Source of the DNA: Lachnospiraceae bacterium
GTDB lineage: Bacteria > Bacillota > Clostridia > Lachnospirales > Lachnospiraceae
DNA length: 64,000 nt
Direction of reading: 5' to 3'
Assembly (NCBI GenBank): GCA_017936885.1
Contig: JAGBEO010000001.1
Coordinates: 1,733 to 65,732, forward strand
The notes below the pieces were generated by a model. The model saw only the letters and a list, made by a program, of their open reading frames with translations. It searched no databases and had not been told where the DNA came from. The translations under genes were made by a program, and so were the position numbers. Below are positions 35,733 through 45,922 of the stretch, piece by piece; the first letter of the stretch is position 1; each line of letters starts with the position of its first letter.

Positions 35733-37766
35733 TTATCCCGCTTCCCGCTCTTCCTGCAATACCTGCAAAAATACAGTAACAATATGCGGGTCAAACTGGC
35801 TGCCGGAACACCGAAGCAGTTCCTCCACGGCAGCCGCATGACTCATTGCCGTATGATACGGCCTGTCATGCACCATTACGTCATGGGAATCCACCACGGT
35901 AATAATACGGGACAAGAGCGGTATTTCCTCTCCGGACAAGCCGCCCGGATATCCATGTCCGTCCCATCTCTCGTGATGATGCAATATGTATTCCGCAATA
36001 GGCTTCAGTTCCTTAGATGCACTGGCAATACGGTAGCCCTTTTCCGTATGGGTCTTCATAACCTCCCACTCTTCCTCCGTCAATTTGCCCGGTTTGAGAA
36101 GAATGGAATGGGGCACTGCAATTTTACCGATATCATGGAGCACCGCCAGTAACGCCAGCTTTCCCAACTCCGCATCAGATAAGTTAAGCGCTCTTCCTAA
36201 TTTGACCGCCATTTCCTTGGTGCGTTCTACGTGCTCTTCCGTCTCATAATCGCTCTCAGTAAGCGTCTGTTTCAGGGAATCCAACTGGGAACTTTTCTGG
36301 GAAGTCTCGTTCATCAGCTTCTTGGTATGCATACTCTCGATTGCTTCTCTCACTGCCTGCTCCACACTTTTACTGTTATCCCGTATAACCGCAATACCAT
36401 ATTCCAAATCTGCATTAATTCCGGTATCATTTGCCTGCCGATACTGTTCCCTGATATTCTCAAACAGTCTGACCGCATATTCCTGCTCTGCCTGAGCAAG
36501 ACCAGCCGCCATATCACCGTCATCCATCCTTGAAATGATTGCCTTCTGGGGCAGCGTATTACGCAGCAGATCCGCCGCCATCCTCAGCATCTCATTGCCC
36601 TTGGTCCAGCCATACACGTCGTTGACCAGCCCGATACCGTTTGCATTACACACCACCACAGTAACCGGATACATCTGTTGATTCACAATATGCTCCATTC
36701 TGCTGTAGAAGCTTTGCTTGGAATAGAGCTGTGTCAGCATATCTTTCTCCATCTCCACATTCTTCATCAAAAGCAGATGCCCTATATTCCGGTCCTTCTC
36801 ATCTTTCAGGCAGGTAAAGGTGCATTGATACACTCTGGCACCTTCGTCACCGGGATTATACCATTCGAATATCTGATTGGTACTTGTGTTCTGCAGATCA
36901 CGAATAGAGGCAATCTGCATGAAATCCATCATGGTGATCCTTCTCTCCTGACTGTTCAGCACAGGAAACAGTTTTCTCATGTCCCTGTTCGTATCCGCTA
37001 CATACCCTTCATAATCAAACAAAATCATGGGAGTTCCCATATATTCCAGTATCATCTTACGGGTAGAGTTAAGCATTCCCTTAGAGGTATAATCAAAAGT
37101 ACTCCAATAAACTGTGGAAGTGGAAAAGCCAAACATCAGCACAGTCACATCCACCGGCAGTTTCAGAATACCGGCGACATACAGACCGGAAACTATCCCG
37201 CATCCCAAAAGCTCCAGCGGAATACAGCAGTACCGGCTTCTGTAGATTTTGGGCACACTTAATGCCTTATACAGCCAGAGACAAATCACTCCGCAAATGC
37301 TCAGATACAGGAAACACATATGGAAATAGAATAACGGCTGCTCCACATACATGTACTTAATCGCATAAAAACTGTTCGCGTCATACTGGTAACGCAGTTC
37401 CACTTCATGAAACACATTCACCATCAGAAGCAGCGCATCTAAAATAATAACAGTATCCCAAAGGATAAGTAGTAATTTCTTATATCCGGGCGAACTGATC
37501 ATAGACTGTGTGAATTCTATCCCGTGATGTATGACAAAAAGAAGCAGAATATCCAAACATACCATAAAAATACTCGTAGATAAAGATGCTGAAAAATAGG
37601 ATTTTGCACTGATTCGTGCCAGATACATTATATTGACCAGGGCTGCTGCCGCACAGACACCTCCTACAAGCGGCGCCAGCCGGTTTGTTTTATTATTGAC
37701 AATAGCCTTCACCGCATATATTGCTGCACACAGTGCTGCCAGTCCATACCATACGTAATACCACAT
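35733..37766 (-). CDS. Polytopic membrane protein with a degenerate GGDEF-like domain and a C-terminal HD-GYP domain (c-di-GMP phosphodiesterase-type)
   Basis: HDIGKIAVP ... HHERWDGHGYP. The middle domain LVNDVYGWTKGNEMLRMAADLL...RMDDGDMAAG aligns to GGDEF with DDGDM replacing GGDEF. Start is placed at the Met preceded by AAGGGGA. Confidence 0.8.
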   Translation of the reverse strand: MWYYVWYGLAALCAAIYAVKAIVNNKTNRLAPLVGGVCAAAALVNIMYLARISAKSYFSASLSTSIFMVCLDILLLFVIHHGIEFTQSMISSPGYKKLLLILWDTVIILDALLLMVNVFHEVELRYQYDANSFYAIKYMYVEQPLFYFHMCFLYLSICGVICLWLYKALSVPKIYRSRYCCIPLELLGCGIVSGLYVAGILKLPVDVTVLMFGFSTSTVYWSTFDYTSKGMLNSTRKMILEYMGTPMILFDYEGYVADTNRDMRKLFPVLNSQERRITMMDFMQIASIRDLQNTSTNQIFEWYNPGDEGARVYQCTFTCLKDEKDRNIGHLLLMKNVEMEKDMLTQLYSKQSFYSRMEHIVNQQMYPVTVVVCNANGIGLVNDVYGWTKGNEMLRMAADLLRNTLPQKAIISRMDDGDMAAGLAQAEQEYAVRLFENIREQYRQANDTGINADLEYGIAVIRDNSKSVEQAVREAIESMHTKKLMNETSQKSSQLDSLKQTLTESDYETEEHVERTKEMAVKLGRALNLSDAELGKLALLAVLHDIGKIAVPHSILLKPGKLTEEEWEVMKTHTEKGYRIASASKELKPIAEYILHHHERWDGHGYPGGLSGEEIPLLSRIITVVDSHDVMVHDRPYHTAMSHAAAVEELLRCSGSQFDPHIVTVFLQVLQEEREAG

Positions 37767-37977
37767 TACCCAGAATCCCCTTAATCTGTTTTCTTTCGTA
37801 ACCCTTATACTATGATGACACACTGTTTCATCATCGTTCCGCGCACTTGTCACATATCCGCTTCGCACCAGCGACTCATTGTGTCCATGTATATTATTGT
37901 ACCACAATTCTCCAAATCCAAGAATCATTTCCTTATAGTAATAAAGCACAAATATACATTCTGAATTTTATCTATAT

Positions 37978-38529
37978 TTACCGATATGTGATTCCCCTGC
38001 CAATATGCGGCATGACCGCACTATAAGCAGCGTCTGCCACGAAAAGCAACACGAAAAACAGCCCCACGCCTGCCCGCATCCAAAAAGGCAGCTTCCGGTA
38101 AAGAGACCGGAACAAGGGGGCCATTACACACACAAGCAATACGCCCGCTATACCGAAAAGCAGACTGCTGGCAGCGCAAATATATCCGTGCAGATTCCAT
38201 CTCATTTGACTATAGTCCCACCATTTGACTCCCCAGGTCAATTCCAGGTACCATCCCGCCAGATATTCTAACAAAGTACATAGAATCATAGATGACACAA
38301 ATGTCAGACCTGTCCTGTCTCTCCATTTATGGAACAACAGTTCCAGCATAACCGCACCGCATCCATAGATCGGCAGCCATGGGCCGGACAAAAAGCCCCG
38401 ATTGACGTATGTGTCACCTTTTAGAAAATACAACCCCACTTCCCATATCCATCCGAAAAAAGCTGTCAGAAAAAACAGCCACACGTAAAAGAAAAAATCC
38501 CATTTTAAAGTCTTATATTTTCGTTTCAT
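37978..38529 (-). CDS. Membrane protein, putative ABC-transporter type IV (CmpB/DUF1113-like)
   Basis: FFGWIWEVGLYFLKGDTYVNRGFLSGPWLPIYGCGAV resembles that family. Confidence 0.55.
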   Translation of the reverse strand: MKRKYKTLKWDFFFYVWLFFLTAFFGWIWEVGLYFLKGDTYVNRGFLSGPWLPIYGCGAVMLELLFHKWRDRTGLTFVSSMILCTLLEYLAGWYLELTWGVKWWDYSQMRWNLHGYICAASSLLFGIAGVLLVCVMAPLFRSLYRKLPFWMRAGVGLFFVLLFVADAAYSAVMPHIGRGITYR

Positions 38530-38726
38530 ATTCAGTTAGTATAATTTTTTTCTAAATTTTTATTCGTAAAATATTTTACACGTTAAAATTTTTATGCATA
38601 AACCCATTGAGTCAATCCAATTTGCAGCACAGACGAAAACAGGCGCAGACTAAAACCGCTGTATACACAGATGATTTATCTGCATATACAACGGTTCTTT
38701 CTTATCCTGTGGTATTCTTTACCCGG

Positions 38727-38936
38727 CTATCCTACTATGGTGTTATCCTCGGGAATCACAATCGCTGCAATGATATACACTAACAATCCCGTCCCGCAGC
38801 TTGCCATGGAACATAACAGCCAGATCAGTCTGACGATAGTCGGGTCCACATTCAGATATTCCCCCACACCGCCACATACACCGCACAGCATTCTGTTTTC
38901 CTTAGAACGTACTAATTTTTTGAAATCATTTCCCAT
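38727..38936 (-). CDS. PspC-domain protein
   Basis: RMLCGVCGGVGEYLNVDPTIVRLIWLL is the PspC signature, followed by a TM helix. Confidence 0.8.
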   Translation of the reverse strand: MGNDFKKLVRSKENRMLCGVCGGVGEYLNVDPTIVRLIWLLCSMASCGTGLLVYIIAAIVIPEDNTIVG

Positions 38937-39012
38937 CTTTTTTCCTCCATTCTGAATCCTTTATTTTTTAGGTAATGGAATCCATTACTCTTACTTTCTG
39001 TCAAGTTTCTTT

Positions 39013-40056
39013 TTACCTGGCTGACGACTCATCGAATACAATCGTTACATTACCCATGGCACAGTCAATGTCAAACGTACTGCGGTTTTGACTGCCCCAT
39101 TCCGCATTATCACTAAGAGCAGTGTAAGTACGGCTGCCGATGGTCACACTGCCCATAGCACAATCTACATTATAAGAATGATCCTCTTCCGATCCCGTCA
39201 ACTGCATCATCAGATTTCCCATGCCGCAGTCCGCATCCAGATCCCCTGTGATCGTACCGTTAATCTCCGCACTGCCCACACCGATATCCAGGTCTGCATT
39301 TCCATCTGTTCGAATGTCCTCAATAACCAATTCTCCGGCACCCACGTCCAGATCCGCCTCTTTGGCAGTCAGCGTGCTGACAATTGCCTCGCCCGCTCCT
39401 ACCGACAGAGAAACGGTATTTGCCTCTAACGCTTCCACATTGCAGACACCTGCCCCGAATTCGATGTCAATATTGTTTGCCTTTAAAGCACCCATATCTA
39501 TCTTTCCGGCTCCGAATTCCAAGTCAATCTCATCCAGTACGGCGCCCTTAGGAAGGGAAAGATATACGACCGTGCTCTCCACATTTTTCTTCCAACCAAA
39601 CCATCCGAAAACAGGATCATAGGAACTTTCAATGACCAGGGTATCTCCGTTCTCTATGGCATAGTGTATTTCCTGCGTGTCTCCTTCTACAGCCATCCAT
39701 ACATGATCATCCCCCGATTCCTGCACGGACAGCGCGCAGGCACCCAGATCCACTTCCAGATTACGCAGTGTGGCCGATGTCAGTTCAAGCTGCTTCTCCG
39801 ACTGGGTTCCATGTATCTCTATCCTCTCCTGAATATCCTCCATATCCATATCCCAGTCATTTCCATAGGGATCAAAGAAACCAAACTGCACACTGCCGTC
39901 TGCTCCTCTGTAATACCTGAAAGGAATCCCACTTGTTTCACTGATATTCTCCAACTGCTTAAAGCCGCCTAACAGTCCGCTGACTCCGCATATCACACAG
40001 CCGGTTACAAAGATCACAAGAGCTGTCAGTAAACACCCTTTGGTAAATTTCTTCAT
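39013..40056 (-). CDS. DUF4097 (toastrack) beta-repeat protein
   Basis: N-terminal TM helix and repeated GAG/VGAG..(I/V)D beta-strand units (EFGAGKIDM, EFGAGVCNV, SVGAGEAIV, DVGAGELVI, DIGVGSAEI). Confidence 0.75.
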   Translation of the reverse strand: MKKFTKGCLLTALVIFVTGCVICGVSGLLGGFKQLENISETSGIPFRYYRGADGSVQFGFFDPYGNDWDMDMEDIQERIEIHGTQSEKQLELTSATLRNLEVDLGACALSVQESGDDHVWMAVEGDTQEIHYAIENGDTLVIESSYDPVFGWFGWKKNVESTVVYLSLPKGAVLDEIDLEFGAGKIDMGALKANNIDIEFGAGVCNVEALEANTVSLSVGAGEAIVSTLTAKEADLDVGAGELVIEDIRTDGNADLDIGVGSAEINGTITGDLDADCGMGNLMMQLTGSEEDHSYNVDCAMGSVTIGSRTYTALSDNAEWGSQNRSTFDIDCAMGNVTIVFDESSAR

Positions 40057-40823
40057 GCCTGAGCACCTCCTCTATGAAATAGTCTGTTGCACAGATTCAC
40101 GATACCGCGTATCAGCCCCGGAACCGCCGCAGCGATCACGATTACCATAAGCCAGATAAATACAAGACCTATGGCAAAACAAATCATGCCGCCGCCTATC
40201 ATACATAAGCCGCCAAGCGGTGCCGAAACCATCGCCGCGATACCCGCAACAAAAAGTGCAATGCCCACAACCGCCAATACCACGCCTACAATCAGAAAAG
40301 CTGCAAAAATACCAAGCAATGTCGCAAGCAGCCCAACTACAATTCCAAACAAACCGCCTGCCAAACCGATCCATAACGGTGAGCTTAAGATCACTGCAAT
40401 GACAATGAGTGCAACCATACCGCCGGACATAGATTTCTTCCGTGCGCCGTTCCCCGCATTTCCCTGAGCGGTTTGTCCGTATGAATTCCCTCCGTAAGCC
40501 GTCTGACCGTACGGATTTTGTCCGTAAGCGGTTTGCCCGGACTCAGCCTGCCCGGTCTTCATTACTTCGTTCTTATAGGTCTCTCCATATCCCTTAAAGC
40601 CGGATTCCGTGAATTCCCCTGCATTTCCGCCATCGTTAAGTCCGGCCTTAATGATTCCGGCAAGTTCCTCCGGTGTCCCTAACGATGCGATTACACCGGC
40701 TTCATTCTCTGCGCCCGCATCATCGAAATAATCATTATAATATTGAATTGCTTCCTCCCGTTCCATCGGCGGCACATCGCTCAAAAGATCTGTCAGCCGA
40801 CGCATAAATTCCGCTCTATCCAT
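40053..40823 (-). CDS. DUF1700 (HAAS) membrane protein
   Basis: MDRAEFMRRLTDLLSDVPPMEREEAIQYYNDYFDDAG N-terminus, a Y/G/Q-rich linker and C-terminal TM helices. Confidence 0.75.
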   Translation of the reverse strand: MDRAEFMRRLTDLLSDVPPMEREEAIQYYNDYFDDAGAENEAGVIASLGTPEELAGIIKAGLNDGGNAGEFTESGFKGYGETYKNEVMKTGQAESGQTAYGQNPYGQTAYGGNSYGQTAQGNAGNGARKKSMSGGMVALIVIAVILSSPLWIGLAGGLFGIVVGLLATLLGIFAAFLIVGVVLAVVGIALFVAGIAAMVSAPLGGLCMIGGGMICFAIGLVFIWLMVIVIAAAVPGLIRGIVNLCNRLFHRGGAQA

Positions 40824-41142
40824 TCTTCAATCCTCCCTCAAAGATACTGTTCAATTTGGCAGAATACCGATACCACTCACTGATGTATAAGTTAAGCTGT
40901 GCTCTTCCTTTCTCCGTGACCTTATAGTAACGTCTGTTCCGTCCCGCACACTCCATGTCGTACACTTCCAGACATTCATCCTTCTGCAGTCTCCTCAGAA
41001 CCGGATACAGGGTGGATTCGGATATTTCAATAACCTGCCGCACTTCCTGCGTGATCTTATAGCCATACGTTCCTTCCAGTTCATGTGATACGACTGCCAG
41101 AACTATGGCATCCAGTAATGCCGCACCCGTGTTAAAAACCAT
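40816..41142 (-). CDS. PadR-family transcriptional regulator
   Basis: GYKITQEV...STLYPVLRRLQKDECLEVY winged helix. AAGGAG lies 8 nt upstream of the chosen Met. Confidence 0.85.
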   Translation of the reverse strand: MVFNTGAALLDAIVLAVVSHELEGTYGYKITQEVRQVIEISESTLYPVLRRLQKDECLEVYDMECAGRNRRYYKVTEKGRAQLNLYISEWYRYSAKLNSIFEGGLKNG

Positions 41143-41469
41143 GCGATATACTCCTTTCCTGCTTTTTACATATCTCATAACGACCTCTCTACCATATCGC
41201 CTTCAAATAAATATATTATTTTGTTTTATAATATTATTTATTTCTATAATATTATATGTCGTATAATATTGTTTCTACTGATACTATATGGCATATAATA
41301 TTGTTTGTCAACACTTATTTTACAAATATATCATGTTAAGCATGTAATGTTTAATTACTGTTCAGACTGCTCAGACCGCAATGAAAAAAGATAGAAATCA
41401 TCCGCTGCATATGCTAGACTAAAAAAGAGGGTCTTGTATCGGGTATTTATTTTGGAAGGAGAAGTTGTA

Positions 41470-43062
41470 TTGAATCTGTATTTGTTATTCTGTGCGGTAG
41501 TGTTGCTTGTCTGTGTGCTGTTTGGACGGTTTTCCTCCAAGGTCGGCGTTCCTGCCCTGCTTCTTTTCATGGTAATCGGTATGATGTTCGGTTCGGACGG
41601 CTTATTTCATATTAATTTTGAAAATTATAATCTGTCAGAGCAGATTTGCAGCGTAGCGCTGATCTATATTATGTTCTACGGCGGTTTCTGCGTAAAATGG
41701 GAGTCGGCAAGGCCCGTCATCGGAAAGGCGGTCATGCTCTCAACACTGGGCGTTGTTTTGACAGCCGGAATCACCTGTATTCTCTGCCACCTTCTGCTGC
41801 GGATCGGGTTGGCTGAAAGCTTTCTGATCGGAGCAGTCATCAGTTCCACCGATGCAGCATCAGTATTCTCGATTCTGCGCTCCAAAAATTTAAGCTTGAA
41901 ACATGCCACCGCACCGCTTCTGGAAATCGAAAGCGGAAGTAATGACCCCGTGGCTTATATGCTGACCATGATCGGACTGGCTATGGTGGAAGGAAACAGC
42001 AATACATCCATTCCTTATCTGATCTTTGCACAGATTGTATTCGGACTGATCTGCGGCATCGGTATCGCAGTCATTGCCATCTGGCTCATGCGCAAGCTGT
42101 CCATTGAAGCAGAGAATCTGGATATGATTTTCATGATTGCGATTGCAATGCTCGCCTATGTCGTTCCTTCCTTAATAAATGGCAATGGCTATTTAAGCGT
42201 GTATCTGGCGGGCATTATTCTGGGTAACAGCCGCCTGAAAAATAAGGCGAATCTGGTACATTTCTTCGACGGCATTACCGGACTTGCGCAAATCTGCCTG
42301 TTTTTCCTGCTGGGGCTTCTTGCATTTCCTCATAAACTGCCGCAAGTCATACTTCCGGCAATTGTGATCGCACTGATTCTTAATTTTGTAGCAAGACCGG
42401 CGGCAGTATTTGCGATTCTGCTTCCGGCCAAAGCCTCCGTCAGCCAATGTCTTCTTGTATCCTTTGCGGGATTACGCGGAGCCGCATCTATCGTTTTTGC
42501 GATTATGGTAACTGCAAGAGGCGCTGTTTTAAAAGGTGACTTGTTTCACATTGTATTTCTGATTTCTCTATTCTCGGTGGCTTTACAGGGATCGCTTCTT
42601 CCTGTCGTCGCCAAGAAATTACATATGGTAGATTATGACAACGATGTCAGAAAAACCTTTAACGATTATCAGGAAGAGACTGCCATTACTTTGATGCGGA
42701 TGGATATTAAGGAAGGGCACAATTGGCAGAACCGCATGATTAAGGATGTATCCCTACCGCCGGATTCTCTTGCCGTGATGATTAAAAGGGACGGCGAAAC
42801 TTTGATTCCGAAGGGAGATACCAGGATTCTTGCCGGTGACAGTATCATCCTGAACATCCCTTACTACAGTGCCGACAATGATGTGAAACTGCAGGAAATT
42901 GCCATTGATAAAAGCCACGAGTGGTGTGATAAGAAAATTATGGAATTGCAGATCCCCCAGAATATGCTGGTGACCATGATCCGCAGGGAAGAAGAAACCA
43001 TCATTCCCGATGGCCAGACGACCATCCGGAATAAAGATATTGTGGTAGTTTGTGAACAGTAG
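41470..43062 (+). CDS. CPA1-family K+/H+ antiporter (NhaP2/CvrA-like) with C-terminal TrkA_C (RCK_C) domains
   Basis: Polytopic N-terminal domain (SSTDAASVFSILR, EIESGSNDP). Two C-terminal RCK_C-like repeats (LAVMIKRDGETLIPKGDTRILAGDSIIL; LVTMIRREEETIIPDGQTTIRNKDIVVV). A TTG start after GGAAGGAG is preferred; 41434 is the alternative. Confidence 0.85.
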   Translation: MNLYLLFCAVVLLVCVLFGRFSSKVGVPALLLFMVIGMMFGSDGLFHINFENYNLSEQICSVALIYIMFYGGFCVKWESARPVIGKAVMLSTLGVVLTAGITCILCHLLLRIGLAESFLIGAVISSTDAASVFSILRSKNLSLKHATAPLLEIESGSNDPVAYMLTMIGLAMVEGNSNTSIPYLIFAQIVFGLICGIGIAVIAIWLMRKLSIEAENLDMIFMIAIAMLAYVVPSLINGNGYLSVYLAGIILGNSRLKNKANLVHFFDGITGLAQICLFFLLGLLAFPHKLPQVILPAIVIALILNFVARPAAVFAILLPAKASVSQCLLVSFAGLRGAASIVFAIMVTARGAVLKGDLFHIVFLISLFSVALQGSLLPVVAKKLHMVDYDNDVRKTFNDYQEETAITLMRMDIKEGHNWQNRMIKDVSLPPDSLAVMIKRDGETLIPKGDTRILAGDSIILNIPYYSADNDVKLQEIAIDKSHEWCDKKIMELQIPQNMLVTMIRREEETIIPDGQTTIRNKDIVVVCEQ

Positions 43063-43070
43063 CTGCTAAA

Positions 43071-43109
43071 GACCGTTACCTTCTGAACGAAGTGTAGCGG
43101 TCTTTTTAT
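43071..43109 (+). terminator. Rho-independent terminator of the antiporter gene
   Basis: AGACCGTTA ... TAGCGGTCT stem, followed by TTTTT. Confidence 0.65.
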
Positions 43110-43117
43110 GCTCTCAT

Positions 43118-43495
43118 TTACATATCTGACTGTATTTTCAAATATTGTTTTATCAGAAAAGAACAAAAATACGGAAACGTATATATTCCATTTGCATATC
43201 CGATATTTCCTGCCGAGAGTTTTATTCCATGATGTATATCACTGTAATTTTCATTCTTGATCAGTGCTGCTAAAGATTTGGAACGTTCTTTATTTGATTT
43301 TACCTCAACAGGTATCAGCTCCTTTTGCGAACGTACGAAGAAATCTTCTTCCAACGTAGAATTCTCTTTCTTAAAATAATATAGTCCCAGCCCTTGCTTT
43401 AAAAATGCCTCCGCAACAAAATTCTCATAAAGCGCACCTTTATAAACACCCAGATTCTTATTAGCTCTCAGATCCTCCTGCGCTTCTTCATCCAA
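43118..43495 (-). pseudogene. C-terminal (DUF4143) fragment of an AAA-family ATPase
   Basis: GALYENFVAEAF...IPVEVKSNKE matches only the DUF4143 tail of the roughly 400-aa AAA_14/DUF4143 proteins. There is no room for the ATPase domain upstream. Confidence 0.5.
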
Positions 43496-43699
43496 TGAAG
43501 CAACTAAGAGTCCCGTATCCGGATAATATAATTTAAATTTAGACAGATCACAGTTTCCTTTATAGTATATCTTTATGAGTTATTTATTTCAATATACTCA
43601 TCACAAAAAAATAGGATGTTTTAATTCATTTAACACATTTTATGAGTTTTATCTAAAACCTTTTTCACATTTTATGCCAAAAGAAACCTCTGATTCTAA

Positions 43700-44410
43700 T
43701 CAGAGGTTTTCATTGTCTATCATACGGTATCCGATACCGATCTCCGTAAGAATATACTGCGGATCGGCAGGATTGTTCTCCAGCTTTCTGCGGATATTCG
43801 CCATATTCACACGCAGAATACGGTTGTTGCTGTCCGCAAAAGGCCCCCACACATGGGTGATCAGCGAATCATAGGTAATCACTTTTCCGGCATTGCGGGA
43901 AAGATACGTCAGAATTTTATATTCAATTTGGGTAAAATGCACGATTTCTCCGTTCACGGTAACGATATGCTTCTCATAATCTATTACCAGATCCTTCGCC
44001 GTATACTTATTCTGGGCAGACAGCGGCGTACTGCCGCTTAGGGCAGAACGTCTCAGTGCGGTACGGATTCTCGCCATCAGTTCAGAGGTTCCGAAGGGCT
44101 TCGTGATGTAATCATCCGCTCCGGCATCTAAGGCCTCTACCTTTTCCTTCTCCTGTGTTCTGGCGGAAATGACGATAATCGGTACGTTGCTCCATTCCCT
44201 GATATTACGAATTACTTCTATCCCATCCATATCCGGCAGTCCCAAATCAAGCAGAATTAAATCCGGGCACCCTGACGCGGCAAGCGAAAGGCCGCTGACG
44301 GCATTGACTGCAAAATCCACTTTATAATCCTGTGTTTTTAATGTTGTCACAATGAAGTTGCATATATTTCGTTCGTCTTCAATCAGTAAAATTTCATGTC
44401 TTGGATTCAT
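43700..44410 (-). CDS. kdpE: OmpR-family response regulator, KdpE-like
   Basis: DLILLDLGLPDMDGIEVIRNIREWSNVPIIVISAR...ALDAGADDYITKPFG is the KdpE-typical receiver, followed by a winged-helix output domain. Confidence 0.8.
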   Translation of the reverse strand: MNPRHEILLIEDERNICNFIVTTLKTQDYKVDFAVNAVSGLSLAASGCPDLILLDLGLPDMDGIEVIRNIREWSNVPIIVISARTQEKEKVEALDAGADDYITKPFGTSELMARIRTALRRSALSGSTPLSAQNKYTAKDLVIDYEKHIVTVNGEIVHFTQIEYKILTYLSRNAGKVITYDSLITHVWGPFADSNNRILRVNMANIRRKLENNPADPQYILTEIGIGYRMIDNENL

Positions 44411-45485
44411 AGTTCACCTCGTCCTTGGGCAATGTAAAATAAAATTCCGCACCCTGCCCGTGATTTCTGGCATTAATCGTACCATTATGGGCGGTAATAA
44501 TTGTTTTACAGATAGAAAGACCGATTCCCATTCCCTTATTGGAATCGGATTCCTGGTTGCCGATATAAGAATTGCCGTCAAAAATATTCTGCAGCCTTTC
44601 TTCGCTGATTCCAATCCCGAAGTCCTTCACATGGAAAGATACATAGTCCGAATGATTCTCCACATAACACTGAATCGGTTTGGTGGTCTTGGAATGTACA
44701 ATGGCATTTTCCAGCAGATTAATAAGTACCTGTTCAATCAAAATGGCATCCATCGGGATAATGAGCAGTTCATCCGGAACAGATACATTGACCGTAATCT
44801 CCCGGAATCTTTTCTTCAGCCTGAGAATAGCGGCCGAAACAATTTCCTCCACGGATTCATCGGTTTTCTTCACTTTCGAAGACTGGTTATTAATCCGTGT
44901 AACAGAGAGCAGATTTTCTACCATATTTAAAAGCCAGTTCGCGTCCTCCTGAATATGGGTGACAATCGTATTTTTCTCTTCTTCGGCAAGCAGGGCGCTG
45001 TTTTCCAGATAAGAAGAACTGGCGCCGATAATGCTCGTAAGAGGTGTGCGCAGGTCATGGGATACCGCACGCAGCAAATTGGCTCGCATTTTCTCTTTCT
45101 CCGTCTCAGATAACAGCTTATCCTTCTCCGCAATCATACGTGCCTGCTGCTTCATATTGGTTGTCATGGTACTGGTAATCAGCGTGACACCAAACATCTC
45201 CAGAAAAGTGATGGGATAGCCCGACAGCGTGAAATTCAATTCAAAATAAGGATAGGTAAACAGAAAATTCACACAGACAACGGCAATCACGGAAGAAATC
45301 AAACCCGGCAGATAACCGTCCGTAAAACGGATAATAATAACCAGCGCCAAAATATAAATCAATGCAATATTACCGCTGTTTTCCGGTACAAAGAAGGAAA
45401 ACAGAAAGGCAAACGCGGTAGCCGCTGCCAGACCGGAACATGTTATAATAGTATTTTTCAATGTTGATGACATTTCCATAACCAT
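44394..45485 (-). CDS. kdpD: Sensor histidine kinase, short KdpD-type (DUF4118 membrane domain + HisKA + HATPase_c; no N-terminal KdpD/Usp sensor domains)
   Basis: H-box LLRAVSHDLRTPLTSI, N/G boxes (LLENAIVHS; GMGIGLSICK) and four TM helices at the N-terminus. Confidence 0.7.
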   Translation of the reverse strand: MVMEMSSTLKNTIITCSGLAAATAFAFLFSFFVPENSGNIALIYILALVIIIRFTDGYLPGLISSVIAVVCVNFLFTYPYFELNFTLSGYPITFLEMFGVTLITSTMTTNMKQQARMIAEKDKLLSETEKEKMRANLLRAVSHDLRTPLTSIIGASSSYLENSALLAEEEKNTIVTHIQEDANWLLNMVENLLSVTRINNQSSKVKKTDESVEEIVSAAILRLKKRFREITVNVSVPDELLIIPMDAILIEQVLINLLENAIVHSKTTKPIQCYVENHSDYVSFHVKDFGIGISEERLQNIFDGNSYIGNQESDSNKGMGIGLSICKTIITAHNGTINARNHGQGAEFYFTLPKDEVNYESKT

Positions 45486-45637
45486 GCCTTTCTCTCAGCC
45501 TGCAGCCTTCCTGTATGCTGTGCATACATTGTGCAAGGCACATAATGAACTGAGTTTATTATATATGATTGTCATAAAAAGAAAAACTATATGCGATGTT
45601 AAAATAATGCTAAGAAAAGGATAAGAAAACGCAAAAG

Positions 45638-45659
45638 ATACGTTAAAAATACGTTAAGA
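45638..45659 (+). promoter_or_regulatory. Tandem 11-nt direct repeat ATACGTTAA(A/G)A x2, candidate OmpR-family (KdpE) box
   Basis: ATACGTTAAAA ATACGTTAAGA has one helical turn of spacing and lies about 80 nt upstream of the kdpF-like ORF. It is flanked by phased TAAGAAAA repeats. Confidence 0.45.
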
Positions 45660-45739
45660 AAAGTTTGTTACACTGTTAAATTTTTTTCCTGTGTGGTAGT
45701 ATTTTCATACCGTTACGAACATAGGCAGGAGGGGATAAC

Positions 45740-45823
45740 ATGGGTATCGTAGAATATTTGATTCTCGGAGTAGTATTTGTTGCTTTGGGCGGATGTTTTA
45801 TTTATGCAGTGAAAAACAATTAG
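45740..45823 (+). CDS. kdpF: 27-aa hydrophobic peptide, KdpF-like
   Basis: AGGAGGGG lies 6 nt upstream. MGIVEYLILGVVFVALGGCFIYAVKNN has a single helix ending in an xIYAV motif, as in KdpF (LVYAL). Divergent from kdpDE. Confidence 0.4.
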   Translation: MGIVEYLILGVVFVALGGCFIYAVKNN

Positions 45824-45842
45824 CAGTAAAAAGATGGACAAA

Positions 45843-45898
45843 GAAAACCGGAAGGTTTATGACATTCAATGAAGAATGGTATGAACCTTCCGGTTTTC
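45843..45898. terminator. Bidirectional terminator hairpin
   Basis: 15-bp perfect stem GAAAACCGGAAGGTT (45843-45857) / AACCTTCCGGTTTTC (45884-45898), flanked by A/T runs. It lies between the convergent mini-ORFs. Confidence 0.65.
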
Positions 45899-45922
45899 TT
45901 TGTCACTGCACTATATCGATTT

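Noticed and set aside
40072-40467. Alternative-frame ORFs (100 aa on the minus strand, 126 aa and 60 aa on the plus strand) within the DUF1700 gene.
   Set aside because: They overlap the G/A-rich TM-helix coding segment of a well-supported gene, and their biased composition explains the open frames.
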